This document shows positions 25,261 to 36,421 of a stretch of DNA of 64,000 bases, one piece after another. The number at the start of each line of letters is the position of its first letter. Within the stretch, counting starts at the first letter, position 1. Under the pieces are notes generated by a model. That model had not been told where the DNA came from. It was given only the letters and a program-made list of their open reading frames with translations, and did not search any database. The stretch is from assembly GCA_038087875.1 (NCBI GenBank), contig CM075981.1, positions 1,240,001-1,304,000 of the forward strand, read 5' to 3'. The translations under genes were made by a program, and so were the position numbers. The DNA is from Malacoraja senta (Eukaryota).

Positions 25261-25581
25261 AACCTGTGTCTGTTCCTGTGCTTGGATTTCTGTCACCAGC
25301 CAATGTCTCCTGCCTCGGGGGCTCAGTGACAGTGTCCTGTGAGTCGATGCGGGGATCCCTTCCGATTAGCTACAGCTGGTATGAAAAGACCCCATCTGTG
25401 GATTCAAAGATCTCAGACAACAATGCCCTGGATCTAGATTGTCAATCATTCAAACATCAGCACCTGCAATATTACTGCACAGCCTCCAATAATAATGGAT
25501 CAAAATCCAGTGAAATGGTCAACGTGTCCATCTCCAGCAGTGACGTGCCCTGCAGTTTCCTAGTGAAAATCAACGGCATTG
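25261..25581 (+). CDS. Gene 2 C2-type exon with mutated acceptor
   Basis: Open 321-nt frame homologous to 43460..43780; acceptor AG>AT; donor GTAAGT intact. Confidence 0.8.
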
Positions 25582-26649
25582 GTAAGTAGTGGAGGGAATG
25601 AGGAGAAGAAGGGGAAGTGGGGGTGGGGTGGTTCATAAGATCAAAAGTGATAGCAGCATAAATACACCATTCAATCATGCCTGATCTATCTTCCCTTCTT
25701 CACCCCATCTGCTGCCTTCTTTCCATAACCTCTGAAACCCATGCAGGTAAAATAATTAACATATCAAGGTTAAAATGATGGAATTATAGCCCATTTGTCA
25801 ATACTTGGTTGTTGGGCTCCAGAATAGATTTCCCAGTGCTGATGTAGGCCAGCTTCCTGGCTCGAACTACCTCTTATGATTACACAGCTTTAAACTAGGT
25901 TTGCCGTGACATCAGTCCAAGCACATTTACATTCCCACCACCATCTCCACATGATCCACACTCAGATATGATAAGGGATCAGAAATGTGGCCACAGTTAA
26001 CTCCTTAACGACGGTATCAGATTTGGTCCACTGTATTAAAGTTGACCATTCAGTACCATCGATAATAATCCCATTTACCAGCACCTCGTCCATTGTGGTA
26101 ATTCAGGTACATCCACCTTCTAGGTTTAAACATATTTCTTGACACCCCCGAAACATCCTGCTCCTTAACTTACGTTCTCCACTTTTACACATATCTGTCG
26201 TGCACAATTTCCCCAAAATACCCTATCTATGCTGCTCATCGATTTGCACATCTGTAGTAGATTCCCCCTTCCTCACCTGTCCTGCATGGACTTCTATAAA
26301 ACCCCTATCCAGCCCATCCCCATCACTGTAATGTTTCATGCCAAGCAACACTCCTCTCAACTGAAATTGCACCCTTTAGATTATTTTATGGATACAGGCT
26401 CTTCGGCCCACTGAGTACACACCGTCCAGCATTCACCAGTACACTAGTTCCATGGAGACAATTTACAGACCACAATTACACTGCAAACCTGCACGACCTT
26501 GGAATGCGGGAGGAATCTGGAGCTCTTGGAGAAAACATACGCGGTCACAGGGAGGAAGTACAAATTCCATACAGACAGCATCCGTAGTCAGGATCGAGCC
26601 CGGGTCTCTGGCGCTGTAAGGCAGCAACTCTACTGTTGCACCACTGTGC

Positions 26650-28160
26650 CATCTACACCTGGCGCCAGAGTTGTTACCAGCACTCCTGCTTCCTACCTGG
26701 ACTACACTTCTTCCCACCCTGCTTCCTGTAAGGACTCCAGCCCCTACTCCAAATTCCTCCGTCTCCGCCGCAACTGCACCCAGGATGAGGTGTTCCACAC
26801 CATGGCATCGGAGATATCCTCATTCTTCAGGGAACGGGGGTTTCCCTCTTCTACCATAGACGAGGCTCTCACCAGGGTCTCTTCTATGCCCCGTGAATCT
26901 GCTCTCTCTCCTCAGTGAGAGGACCACCGTAAATTGGAGGAGCAGCACCTGATATTTCGCTTGGGCAGTTTGCACCCTAGCGGTATAATAATAATAATAA
27001 TAGATTTTATTTTAAGGGCGCCTAATACCGAGGTCTCTAGGACACCTTACAATTTAAGAAACATATAAACATATAGTCAGTAAAATAAGTCATAAAGACA
27101 ACACCAATACATAAATTAAAAACAGAAATTTGATCCAAAAAAGACAACCACAAAATTCAGAAAACACAACATGAAGGGAGAGCAGCGGCAGCCAAACCGC
27201 GCCAGCTTACACTCTCCCTTCCGCCCGCCATGTTGGACATAGACTAACATAGACTAACACAGACACTTAACACTACACACAAAATCATCCCCGCACAATG
27301 ACCACCACTGTGGGGGAAGGCACAATGTCCAGTCCCCGACCCAGTTCTCCCCAGAGTCAGGCTCATCGAGGCCACCACAGTTGCCTCTACGGAGGCCCAA
27401 TGTTCCTGGCCGTCGGGAGAGTCCTCGCAGCGGCTGGAACGGCCGGTTTCCCAGCGGAGTCTATGGCACCTGAAGACGACAGGGCCGCGCCGATTTGGAG
27501 CCACGAGGCTCCCGTTGTTAAAGTCGGCGCCGGCGCCCGCAGCTGGTCGCTCCGCAGTCCCGCAGCCCGGAGGTGTTGAGCTCGGCGGTCACGGCATACC
27601 GGAGCTCCACCGCGTCGACCCAGCGCGGCGACCCAGGCAAGGCATCGCCCGCTACGCTCCCCGATAGCGCTCCAGCGCTGTGCCGCCGACCGAAGCTGAA
27701 GGTGCTGGGCGGTCCCGGTCAGGAAACGGCGCTCCATGCCCGCTGGTAGGCCACGAGGACGGGTCGACGAGGCAGCCTGGAGAAAAAGCTGCCTCACCGA
27801 CCAGGTAGGGACTAAGAATAAAATGACCCCATTCACCCCATTCTGGACACACTAAACACACTAAAAACTATTTTTAAAAAGGTGAATTAAACGGACGGCT
27901 GCTGGTTAGCAGCCGTTCCCCAACATGGCTCCTCCTCCTCGATTGAATGAGGTATGAACATTGACTTATGTATTTTCAGGTAGTCCTTGCTGTCTCCTCC
28001 CCTTGTCAGCACTCCCTCAGCCCTCTGGCTCCACCTCTTCCTTTCTTTTCCCGCCCCCACCCTCACATCAGTCTGAAGAAGGGTTTCGGCGCGTAACGTT
28101 GCCTATTTCCTTCGCTCCATAGATGCTGCCTCACCCGCTGAGTTTCTTCAGCATTTTTGC
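26650..28160 (+). mobile_element. Penelope-like fragment interrupted by an inserted element
   Basis: YLDYTSSHPASCKDSSPYSKFLRLRRNC..; PSGI/MNIDF sequence split at 26986/27956. Confidence 0.75.
26987..27950 (-). mobile_element. GC-rich non-autonomous retroposed element with (TTA)n tail
   Basis: L2-like 3' tail; apparent TSD GGTAT (26982-26986 / 27951-27955); absent from the homologous site at about 62.97 kb. Confidence 0.65.
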
Positions 28161-28328
28161 CTACCTCCTACTTGTCATGATAACATTTCCCATTTGCTAC
28201 AAATCACACTGAAGAATCATTACCCTGTATGTTAAGCCTGTCAACTTCTTACATCGGACAACCATAATCCCTTGTTCAAATGCAAGTGAAAAGCAGTGAC
28301 ACTGACATTTATTTCCTTGTTCCAACAG

Positions 28329-28377
28329 GTCATGAATATTCTTGTGAAAAATCGATAACATTCAATTACTCTGGAAG
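28329..28377 (+). CDS. Gene 2 short stalk exon (GHEYSCEKSITFNYSGR)
   Basis: tttccttgttccaacag acceptor, GTAAAC donor, 49 nt, phase 1 to 2; EYSC parallels EYKYYC of gene 1; second copy at 63326. Confidence 0.8.
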
Positions 28378-29589
28378 GTAAACCACTCTTTATCCAAATA
28401 AATTACAATGTACTAATTGCTGGCGTTTTGATTGGGAATGCTTTATTTGGGAGAAAGTTGTGCCTTCCTTTCACCGGCAATAAATGCCGTGAGAGTGTTG
28501 ATCTGCATGCACAGTGGCACAGCCTGTAGAGCCACAGCCTCACAACGCCACGAGATAGGTTCATTAGGTGAAGTCTATGTGTGGTCTGCATGTTTTGCCT
28601 TTAATTATGTTGGTTTCCTTTAAGTGCTTCAGTTTCCTCCCAGCTCTCAAAGATGTGCCAGTTGTAAATTGCCCCGTGTGTGCAGGAGAGCGGTTGAATC
28701 TGCGGGTAGGGGTGGGGCGGGGGGGGGGGGGGTTTGTTGGTGTTGGACGGTAGTGGTAGTTGATGAGAAAATCGGGAAAATAAAAATGGAATTTTCACAG
28801 GATTCGTGTGAATGTAGTTGACGGTCGGCACAGACCTAAAGGGCGAAATAGCCTGTTTCTATACTATATTTCTCTATGGGTCTTTGATCCAATGAAACTA
28901 AATATCGAAGCATAATAACATTTTGTACGTTCAGCCATGATCACATTGAATGGTGGTTTTGGTTCAAAGGGCCGAATGGCCTACCCCTGCACCTATTGTT
29001 TATTGTCTATTGTTTCAAGCCTGACACCAAATTTCAATTTATCTCTTAAATATTCTATTACAATATGTATATAAGTTACTAACCAGTTATTAGTTAACTT
29101 ATCAGAAGGTGAATTGCACTCGGTTTACATCTCATTGTGTTGTGTACATGCTTGGATGATAAGATTAAGTTCCTCCATTTGCTGCTGTTCATAGAGCGCT
29201 CCCTACAGTATTCACCAAGACTTCTCCTTCACTAACCCCACCCCATGCCGTGAGATGAATATAGTTGCCAAACCCAAGTCTTTCACTTTAGGTTTGATGT
29301 GACTTGCTCTGGTGTGGTGTTGATAGGAAAATGCATTATGAATTATGGGCTAAGACACCCCCCTTGATATCATTTGTGGCAACACCTTGCCATTGATGGG
29401 GTCATGCACCAAAAATTCGCTGGCGCAGAATGTGAGAAAACAGTCTTGAATCAGACCGAGTACTCTCTTACCCATTGAACCTTGAAACCATGCAAAAAAT
29501 TATCCCCAAATACTCCATCATAATACAGTCATGAAGTGGGAACACTTTGATATTTATCTTGTTACAATTGAAATAGATCTGGCTTTCTT

Positions 29590-31000
29590 TCTTTTTTTAA
29601 ATTTATTTATTTATTTTAAATTTTTTTAATTTTTTTTTTTACAAAGTGTAAAAATAATGTTATTGTATAATTTTCAAATATATATATTTTTTTAAATAAT
29701 ATTTTTATTAGAGGCAGGTACATATATTGAAAACATTTCATGTATATCATTCCTACATTACTAATATTATCGATTGATATTCGCGCTGCCTCTAGTAATT
29801 TTTTTTAAATATAGTTAGAAAATAAGAGAATAACAGAAAAAGAAAAAAAGGGATAATAAAGAAGAATGGAATAAATTACTAAAAGTACAACATTGGAGAT
29901 ATATTCGTACATTTTAAAATATAACTTTTCATCTAATCCTTAATTCGAGTTTCAGTCAGGTTCTCGTGCCGAACCAGTCTGTCCCTTCAAGTAGTCAATA
30001 AATGGAGACCATGTTCTGATAAATAGTTCTTGTTTGTCCATTAGGACAAATCTAATTCTTTCCAAATGTAAGGTCTCCGACATTTACATAATCCACATTT
30101 TAATTGTGGGGGTTAGAGGACCTTTCCAAAATTTTAATATTAATTTTTTTCCAGTTATAATACTATAGTCGATGAAGTTTCTTTGAGTTGTTGTAAGTGT
30201 TAGACTTTGTTCTAATATTCCTAGTATTATTAATTTTGAATCAGGATCCAATTGAGTGTTGACAACTGTAGATATTATTCTAAAAATGTCTGCCCAAAAT
30301 CTTTTGATTTTTATACAATTCGCGAATGTATGAGTTAGGTTAGCATCTAAATGTTGACATTTATCATAAATAGGGGAGATATGTGGGAAGATTCTGTTTA
30401 GTTTTGTTTTTGAATAATGTAATCTAGTAGTACTTTAAATTGTATTAGAGAGTGTCTGGCATTTAATGAACATTTATGTATATGTTGTAAACTTTCATCC
30501 CAAGTATCTTTCGTTATTGTTTATAACACCCATGTTTGCCTATATAAATCCGTCGATGGTATCTCACTAATAGGGTGTTATATATATGAGATATTAATTT
30601 TTCTGTATTAGGGTGTTTATTCAAACAGTCATCAAGGATTTCTGGATCTCTAGTTCTAAAGTTTTGAGTGTTTGCTTTAACATAATCTCTAAGTTGTAGA
30701 TATCTGAAAAAATCATTTGAGTGGAGTCCATAAGTCTGTTGTAGCTCCTGAAATGAAAGAAAGGTGCCTTTCTTATAAAGTTTTCCCATCATTTTAATTC
30801 CATAATTTTTCCATTGTATGAAACCTTTATCTAACCTAGAAGGTTTAAATGATGGGTTATTCGCGATGGGAAGAAAGAGTGATAAATTATCCAATTTTAA
30901 GGTCTTTTTTAATTGTTTCCAAATTCGCATACCACTGTATATTATCGGATTTTCCCTGAAATTTTTTTAATTCAATTTTGAGGTAGCAAACAGTATCGAA
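29590..31000 (-). mobile_element. L1/Tx1-clade LINE 3' fragment with poly(A) tail
   Basis: ORF2 C-terminal region (FFRYLQLRDY; later DKC..H..ANC zinc-knuckle-like); poly-T on + strand at about 29585-29640; absent from unit 3 at about 45.65 kb. Confidence 0.8.
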
Positions 31001-31638
31001 CCAATTTCAATACTTGTGTTGTATTTGCGTGAGGACATAAGAACATTAATAAAAGGCACGCCGTTATGAACGAACCTTTAACCGATTTTTCGAACACGAT
31101 TCCTCCATCCACACACCTACCGCGTTAATCCAAGTAATATCGAGGGTGTAAGATTAAACATTATAATTTCTAATTAATTTTTTTACTTGGCCTCATGTGT
31201 TTCCAAATTTATTGCCCCATCCCCCTTCCACCATTGGAATTAATCATTTTTTATTATTCCTGTCTGTCCATATAGATTTTATTATAATCTTCCTCTCCCG
31301 CTGTGTTTCTCCAGCATTTTGTGTCTATCTATTCTGTATTCACTGAATTCACTGCTCCACCTCATGACTTATTTCTGTCTTCTCTGAATCCATTTAATCG
31401 TGTAATCTCTCATTCCCAGTCTTGTAACAATGCTCCAGCAATGAGGTCAGCAATTGGTGATCATAAGTTCTACCCCCCAGTCCAACACCCGTTCTTTCTC
31501 CAAGCTGATCTCCATTGACTCTGCTGCTCCGCCCCGCTCCACTTCACCAATATTATGTAGCAAATAACAGGTGAATATTTCAAACATAAACCGTCTCGTT
31601 TTCTCCCATTGATTCTGTATCTCTTGCCCTTTGCCCAG

Positions 31639-31729
31639 TTACGTCTCATGGAAAGTGGGACGCTGGCTGTTCTTTCTCCTGCTTGTGATCTGGAGTATCT
31701 CAACCGCGGTGTTCACAAGAGTCTCTAAG
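31639..31729 (+). CDS. Gene 2 TM exon (YVSWKVGRWLFFLLLVIWSISTAVFTRVSK)
   Basis: ccctttgcccag acceptor, phase 2 start matching the stalk exon; hydrophobic core preceded by K and R; donor mutated GT>GA. Confidence 0.75.
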
Positions 31730-32347
31730 GAAGGTTTTATTGTCATCATGTTCATAAATTATAGGAGCAGAATTAGGCAATTCAGCCCATTATATCTAAC
31801 CCGCCCCAATCACGGCTGATCTATCCTTCCCTCTCGATCCCATTCTCCTGCCCTCTCCCCGTAACCATTGACATCCTTATTTATCAAGAATATAAATATC
31901 TCCGCCTTAAAAATATCAATTGATTTGGATGGATACAAAAATGGCGGAGTAGCTCAGCGGGACAGGCAGCATCTCCGGTGCGATTTGACTGGGCCCCCAC
32001 AGCCTCCTGTAGCAATAACATCTATAAATCCACCACCCTCTGCCCAAAGCAATTACATCTCCACGCTGAATGTAACCAAACGGTTTCCATTACTGCTTTC
32101 AAACATCCTGACCATTGATAGAAACAAAAATCGTGCACGTTTTCATATCATGAAGTTAAACCAAATATCTATGTCGATGATATCACTAGGTTTTATCAGG
32201 TTGTACGTGTGCAAGGTGGATTTCTGTGCCCGGTGTGGATTCGTTGGGGTCCATTTTCCAGGCAGCATTGTGTGGGGAATGGTCGGGTCAAATAAAGCGT
32301 CGTTCCCACTGTCAGTGAGTCTGATGACTTCACATTGTCTTTTGCAG

Positions 32348-32395
32348 AGACACGATGAATCAGAGCCTCGCCACTCGACCCACGAGTTACAATGA
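32348..32395 (+). CDS. Gene 2 short cytoplasmic exon (RHDESEPRHSTHELQ*)
   Basis: tcttttgcag acceptor, phase 0; differs from the gene 3 copy by an in-frame 9-nt indel. Confidence 0.65.
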   Translation, partial: RHDESEPRHSTHELQ

Positions 32396-32899
32396 AGACA
32401 CCTACCTTGCACCATCTTAATTTTTGTCACCTCTTCCAAGGTTTCTTTCGTCAGCTTCGAACTATTGTTTTAACCTCCGCGTGGTTTCTGCTGCTCCCGA
32501 GTTATATTCTCTGTTAACCTATATTATATGCATTCAACTTCCTGGGAAATAAATGTTTTTCATAGATTACTGAATAATAATGCAGCAGAATGCTTCTTAA
32601 TAAATGGTTGTCAATAAATGGTTTATCTAATTTGTTTTGTTTAGACTGCAACTTTAGTGATGAAGAACAGACTGCAATCAGACTGCTGGATATTCCACCT
32701 GATGCCAAACGAGAAAGGCGTTCAGGAAAGGCATTCAATTAATCTTTCACACCATGCTATCCCATCAAAACAAAATCTTGTAACGAGATTGTTCAGACGA
32801 TGAGCCTTATTTTTCTATCCACAGATGCTGACTGACGCGCTACGCACATCCAACATCTGCAGATTTGTAGCTAGATCAGATAGGTTTGGGCGGTTTGAG

Positions 32900-33390
32900 C
32901 GGCGGTGTTCAGCGAAACGATCGCCGAGCCTGCGCTTGTTCTCGCTTCCCGGCGATTGTTTCACTGAATACCTCCGCTCAGTCCGCCTAAACCTACCTGA
33001 TATCCCGCACGCTAAACACTTTAAATCCCCTTCCCATTCCCACACTGACATTTCTCTCCTGGGCATCCTCCATTGTCAGAGTGAATCCCAGCGCAAATTG
33101 GAGGAACAGCACCTCATATTTCGCTTGCGCAGCTTATACCCCAGCGGTGTGAACATTGACTTCTCTAACTTCAAGTAAACCTTGCTTTCCCATTCACCCC
33201 CCACCCCCCGTCTATATTTTATCTCTAATTTCATCACCCCCTTTGTCCCGTTTCCAAACCACGGATCCTTAACCAAGTATCTCTCTCTCCCCTGACTTCA
33301 GTCTGAAGAAGGGTATCGACCTGAAACCTCAACCATTCCTTTCATCCAGAGATGATGCGTGACCCGCTGAGTTACTGCAGCATGTTGTAC
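32900..33390 (+). mobile_element. Penelope-like 3' fragment
   Basis: EYLRSVRLNLPDIPHAKHF..KLEEQHLIFRL; paralog at 47780-48350. Confidence 0.8.
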
Positions 33391-33605
33391 AACTATGTTT
33401 TGATTAATTGTTTGAAAGATACAGCATGGATCCAAACTATTAGTCACAGCGAGTCCACGTCAACCAGCAATAAACCCTTTCACACTGGTTCTAAATCATC
33501 CCACTTTCGCGTCTTTTGAATACCGTAATATTGATAAACATTTTAATGGTTTAACGAGTTATTCATTTTGTCACCGTACAAATGAGTTAAAGGAATATAA
33601 ATAGT

Positions 33606-33929
33606 GGCCGCGGTGGCGCAACGGTAGAGTTGCTGCATTACAGCGCTTGCATCGCCGGAGACCCGGGTTCGATCCCGACTCCGGGAGCTGTCTGTCCGGA
33701 GTTTGTACGTTCTACCGTGACCGCGTGAGTTTTCTTCGAGATCTTCGGTTTCCTCCCACACTCCAAAGACGTACAGGTATGTAGGTTAATTGGCTTGCTA
33801 GAAATGTAAATTGTCACCAGTGTGTGCTGGGCAGTGTTATTGTGCGGGGATTGCTGGTCAGTGTGGACTCGTTGGGCCGAAGGGCCTGTTTCCTCGCGGT
33901 ATCTCCAAACTAAACTAAACTAAACTAAA
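33606..33929 (+). mobile_element. tRNA-derived SINE (paralog 48570-48912)
   Basis: GGTGGCGCAACGG A box, GGGTTCGATCCC B box, (CTAAA)n tail. Confidence 0.8.
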
Positions 33930-35054
33930 TTAGTGGAAAGTCTATTCTTGTACAGAACAAAATGGTTGAGTTGCAGCTTGCAAAGCAGGGGATGTGAAAC
34001 TGCAAATACATTGTGTTGCTTTCCTCAGTCTGACTTGTGACTGTAACCCCGCCCATGAAAGAACTGTGAAGGTTGTTGTTTGACAATTTTAAAAAATGGT
34101 GACCTGCAAAAACGGAGTAACCACCATAAAGTTCGGAAAGACTCAAGGATTGCTTTGGGTTAATGTCCCACTGACAAAGATAAATATTATCCACACAGTA
34201 AACGGGGGGACGAGGAGAAGAGACCAGAGGCTGCTTTGAACTCACAAACCCCCAGGTCAGGGATATCCGAGGGGTGATGAATAGCCAGATATACTTGCAG
34301 ATTCTGTGGTCACAATGATGCTCCCTGGCCCGTTCAAATGGAGATTATTAATGGTCTAATGGGAGCAACGATCTTGAATTGGAGCTTTTCCCCACTGCAA
34401 GACATCCCAAAGTGCCTCACAGATAGTGAGAGATAAACGGTCTGAGATGCCACAGATAGACATAAAATACTGCAGCGACTCAGCGGGACAGGCAGCATCA
34501 GTGGAGGGAAAGAATGGATGATATTTCGGGTCGATGACACTATTGTATTTAGTGGTGGGTACTGGCTTGCAATGTACTTTAATCTAATATGTTCAAACAG
34601 TAATTTCTTTCTTTACACTAATTTGTTCTGCAGTGCTGACACTTTGCTCGCGCTGCTGAAACAAGGACGTGTAGATTCGTATCTTTGAACCGCATCTTGC
34701 GAGCAGCTCGTTGTAACACTGTTTGCTGAACAGTGTTTGCAGAAGTCATGGGTCAATGGCGAATGAAGACAGAATTAAATTGTTTTGTTGCATCGTCGGT
34801 TACTCTCTGCAGTGTTTTTAGGTGGGCAAGTAAACAGGTAATAACTCCCGACAAAAGATCCTTTACTGCGGGTCGCCAAAGCTCAGCTAACATCAGTGGC
34901 GGACACATCAGTGTGTTACACCGACATCACGTGATGCACAACTTTGCCACAGATGTACACAACTCGAATAAACTGCACTGTTCCCCTGAAAGTAACACAT
35001 CCAGAACTATAGCCCGCAGCAGATATTAGGTTATGTTAGTATGCAACTGGTTGC

Positions 35055-35240
35055 TCACCATCCTCCAGTCCCGCCTCAAGACCCATCTCTTCACCTCTGC
35101 ATACCCTTAGTCCCATGTCCACCTCCCCTTTGCATCGCTGTCTTACTGTTCTATTTTGTTTTGTTTTTGACTCTCAATGTAAAGCGACTTTGAGTCCTTG
35201 AAAAGCGCTATATAAATAAAATGTATTATTATTATTATTA
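35055..35240 (+). mobile_element. L2 LINE 3' end
   Basis: ..CTCAAGACCCATCTCTTC..GTAAAGCGACTTTGAG..AAAAGCGCTATATAAATAAAATGTATTATTATT; absent from unit 3 at about 50.02 kb. Confidence 0.75.
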
Positions 35241-36257
35241 GAATAAATTAATCGTTGCAAGCAGTTGTACAAAGTCAGCAAATGAAATGTTCATGAACAC
35301 AACTCTGCTAATTGATTAGCTCTGTATCACAAGGACAGGTTAACAATTCAATACACCGTGCATATTCTACCATCTTTAACTTCACTAAATGTATCATTTC
35401 GCCCTTGTTTGAGTTACATTACACATGTCAGTTACATTCCACATCCCGCTTTCCCAGCTGATCTCCATCCTGTGGTAATTGTAGGCAAACTTCTTCACAG
35501 CCCACTACACCATTGATTGTCATTTTCAAACGTGAATATCATGACAATAGTGTTTCAAAGTTTGAAATAAAGTGTTGAAGCAGAGAGGAGAGGGTCAAAC
35601 TCCAATTAACCTCAGCTGATTTCAGGTGAAGAGCCCCATCTTCCTCACGCCAGCTTCATGTTTTGCCCCTTGTCACCAGTAATATGCCACAACAAAAGTT
35701 CCAATGATTATATTTTTGATCTGCCGGTCCACTTACAAAATCATCAAGAAGGAATGATCCGGAAGTGTACACATCTTAGACGTTTCTACTCTTCTAAATG
35801 TCATACTTTATCCAAAGTATCATTGTTTATATGAGGGGTCACGACCCGAAACGTCACCTATCCATTTTCTCCAGAGGTGCTGCCTGGCCCGCAGAGTTGC
35901 TCCTGCATTTTTTTGTCTATCATTATTTCCACCACTGTTTCGTGTTAACAGACTCTGAGTACAGAGATAACCGCAGCTCCATCCTTGCGGATACATCATA
36001 CATGACGAGGTGTTTGAAGCAGCTACAATAACAACATGTAACGGGCCCTTGGACAGGTCCATGGATAGGGAGGGTTTGGGGAGATATGGGACAAACGTGG
36101 GCAAATGTGACTAACTTAGATGAGCATATTGGTTTAACGAGTTGGGGAGAAGGGTCTGTTATCTGCTGTATGATTCTGTGATCATCTGACCCATCCATTT
36201 GCGAAATATAACCATGAGCCTTTCACATTACAACGTGTCGAGCTGCTACCGGCTCGC

Positions 36258-36281
36258 TGTGGTTCCTGATCTGACTTCCTG
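36258..36281. promoter_or_regulatory. RUNX (TGTGGTT) plus ETS (ACTTCCTG) proximal promoter motif pair of gene 3
   Basis: Motif match only. RUNX site kept at 20588-20594 and 51054-51060; ETS core altered in those copies. Confidence 0.4.
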
Positions 36282-36372
36282 TTCCTATCTTCCTCGTTGC
36301 TATTTGAGAGATGCGGTTGTATCTGAGAGCTCAGAGCTGAGCGACAGACAGCCAAGTGCTGGTCTTGTCACT

Positions 36373-36421
36373 ATGGATAAAACAATGTGGATTACCATTC
36401 TTCTCATCAGCTCGCTGCCCG
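36373..36421 (+). CDS. Gene 3 leader exon MDKTMWITILLISSLP(G)
   Basis: CCC G|GTGAGT, 49 nt. Confidence 0.87.

Larger units (their letters stand above)
20715..32395 (+). pseudogene. Gene 2: MDIR/CD300-like L-V-C2-stalk-TM(R)-cyt with two disrupted splice sites (pseudogene or V-only isoform)
   Basis: Exons 20715..20751, 22929..23243, 25261..25581, 28329..28377, 31639..31729, 32348..32395. The C2 acceptor reads cacAT (25259-25260) instead of cacAG. The TM donor reads GAAGGT (31730) versus GTAGGT in gene 3. Confidence 0.7.

Noticed and set aside
27244-27861. Overlapping GC-rich ORFs as a captured gene
   Set aside because: Open frames on both strands are expected at this GC content; no recognisable domain
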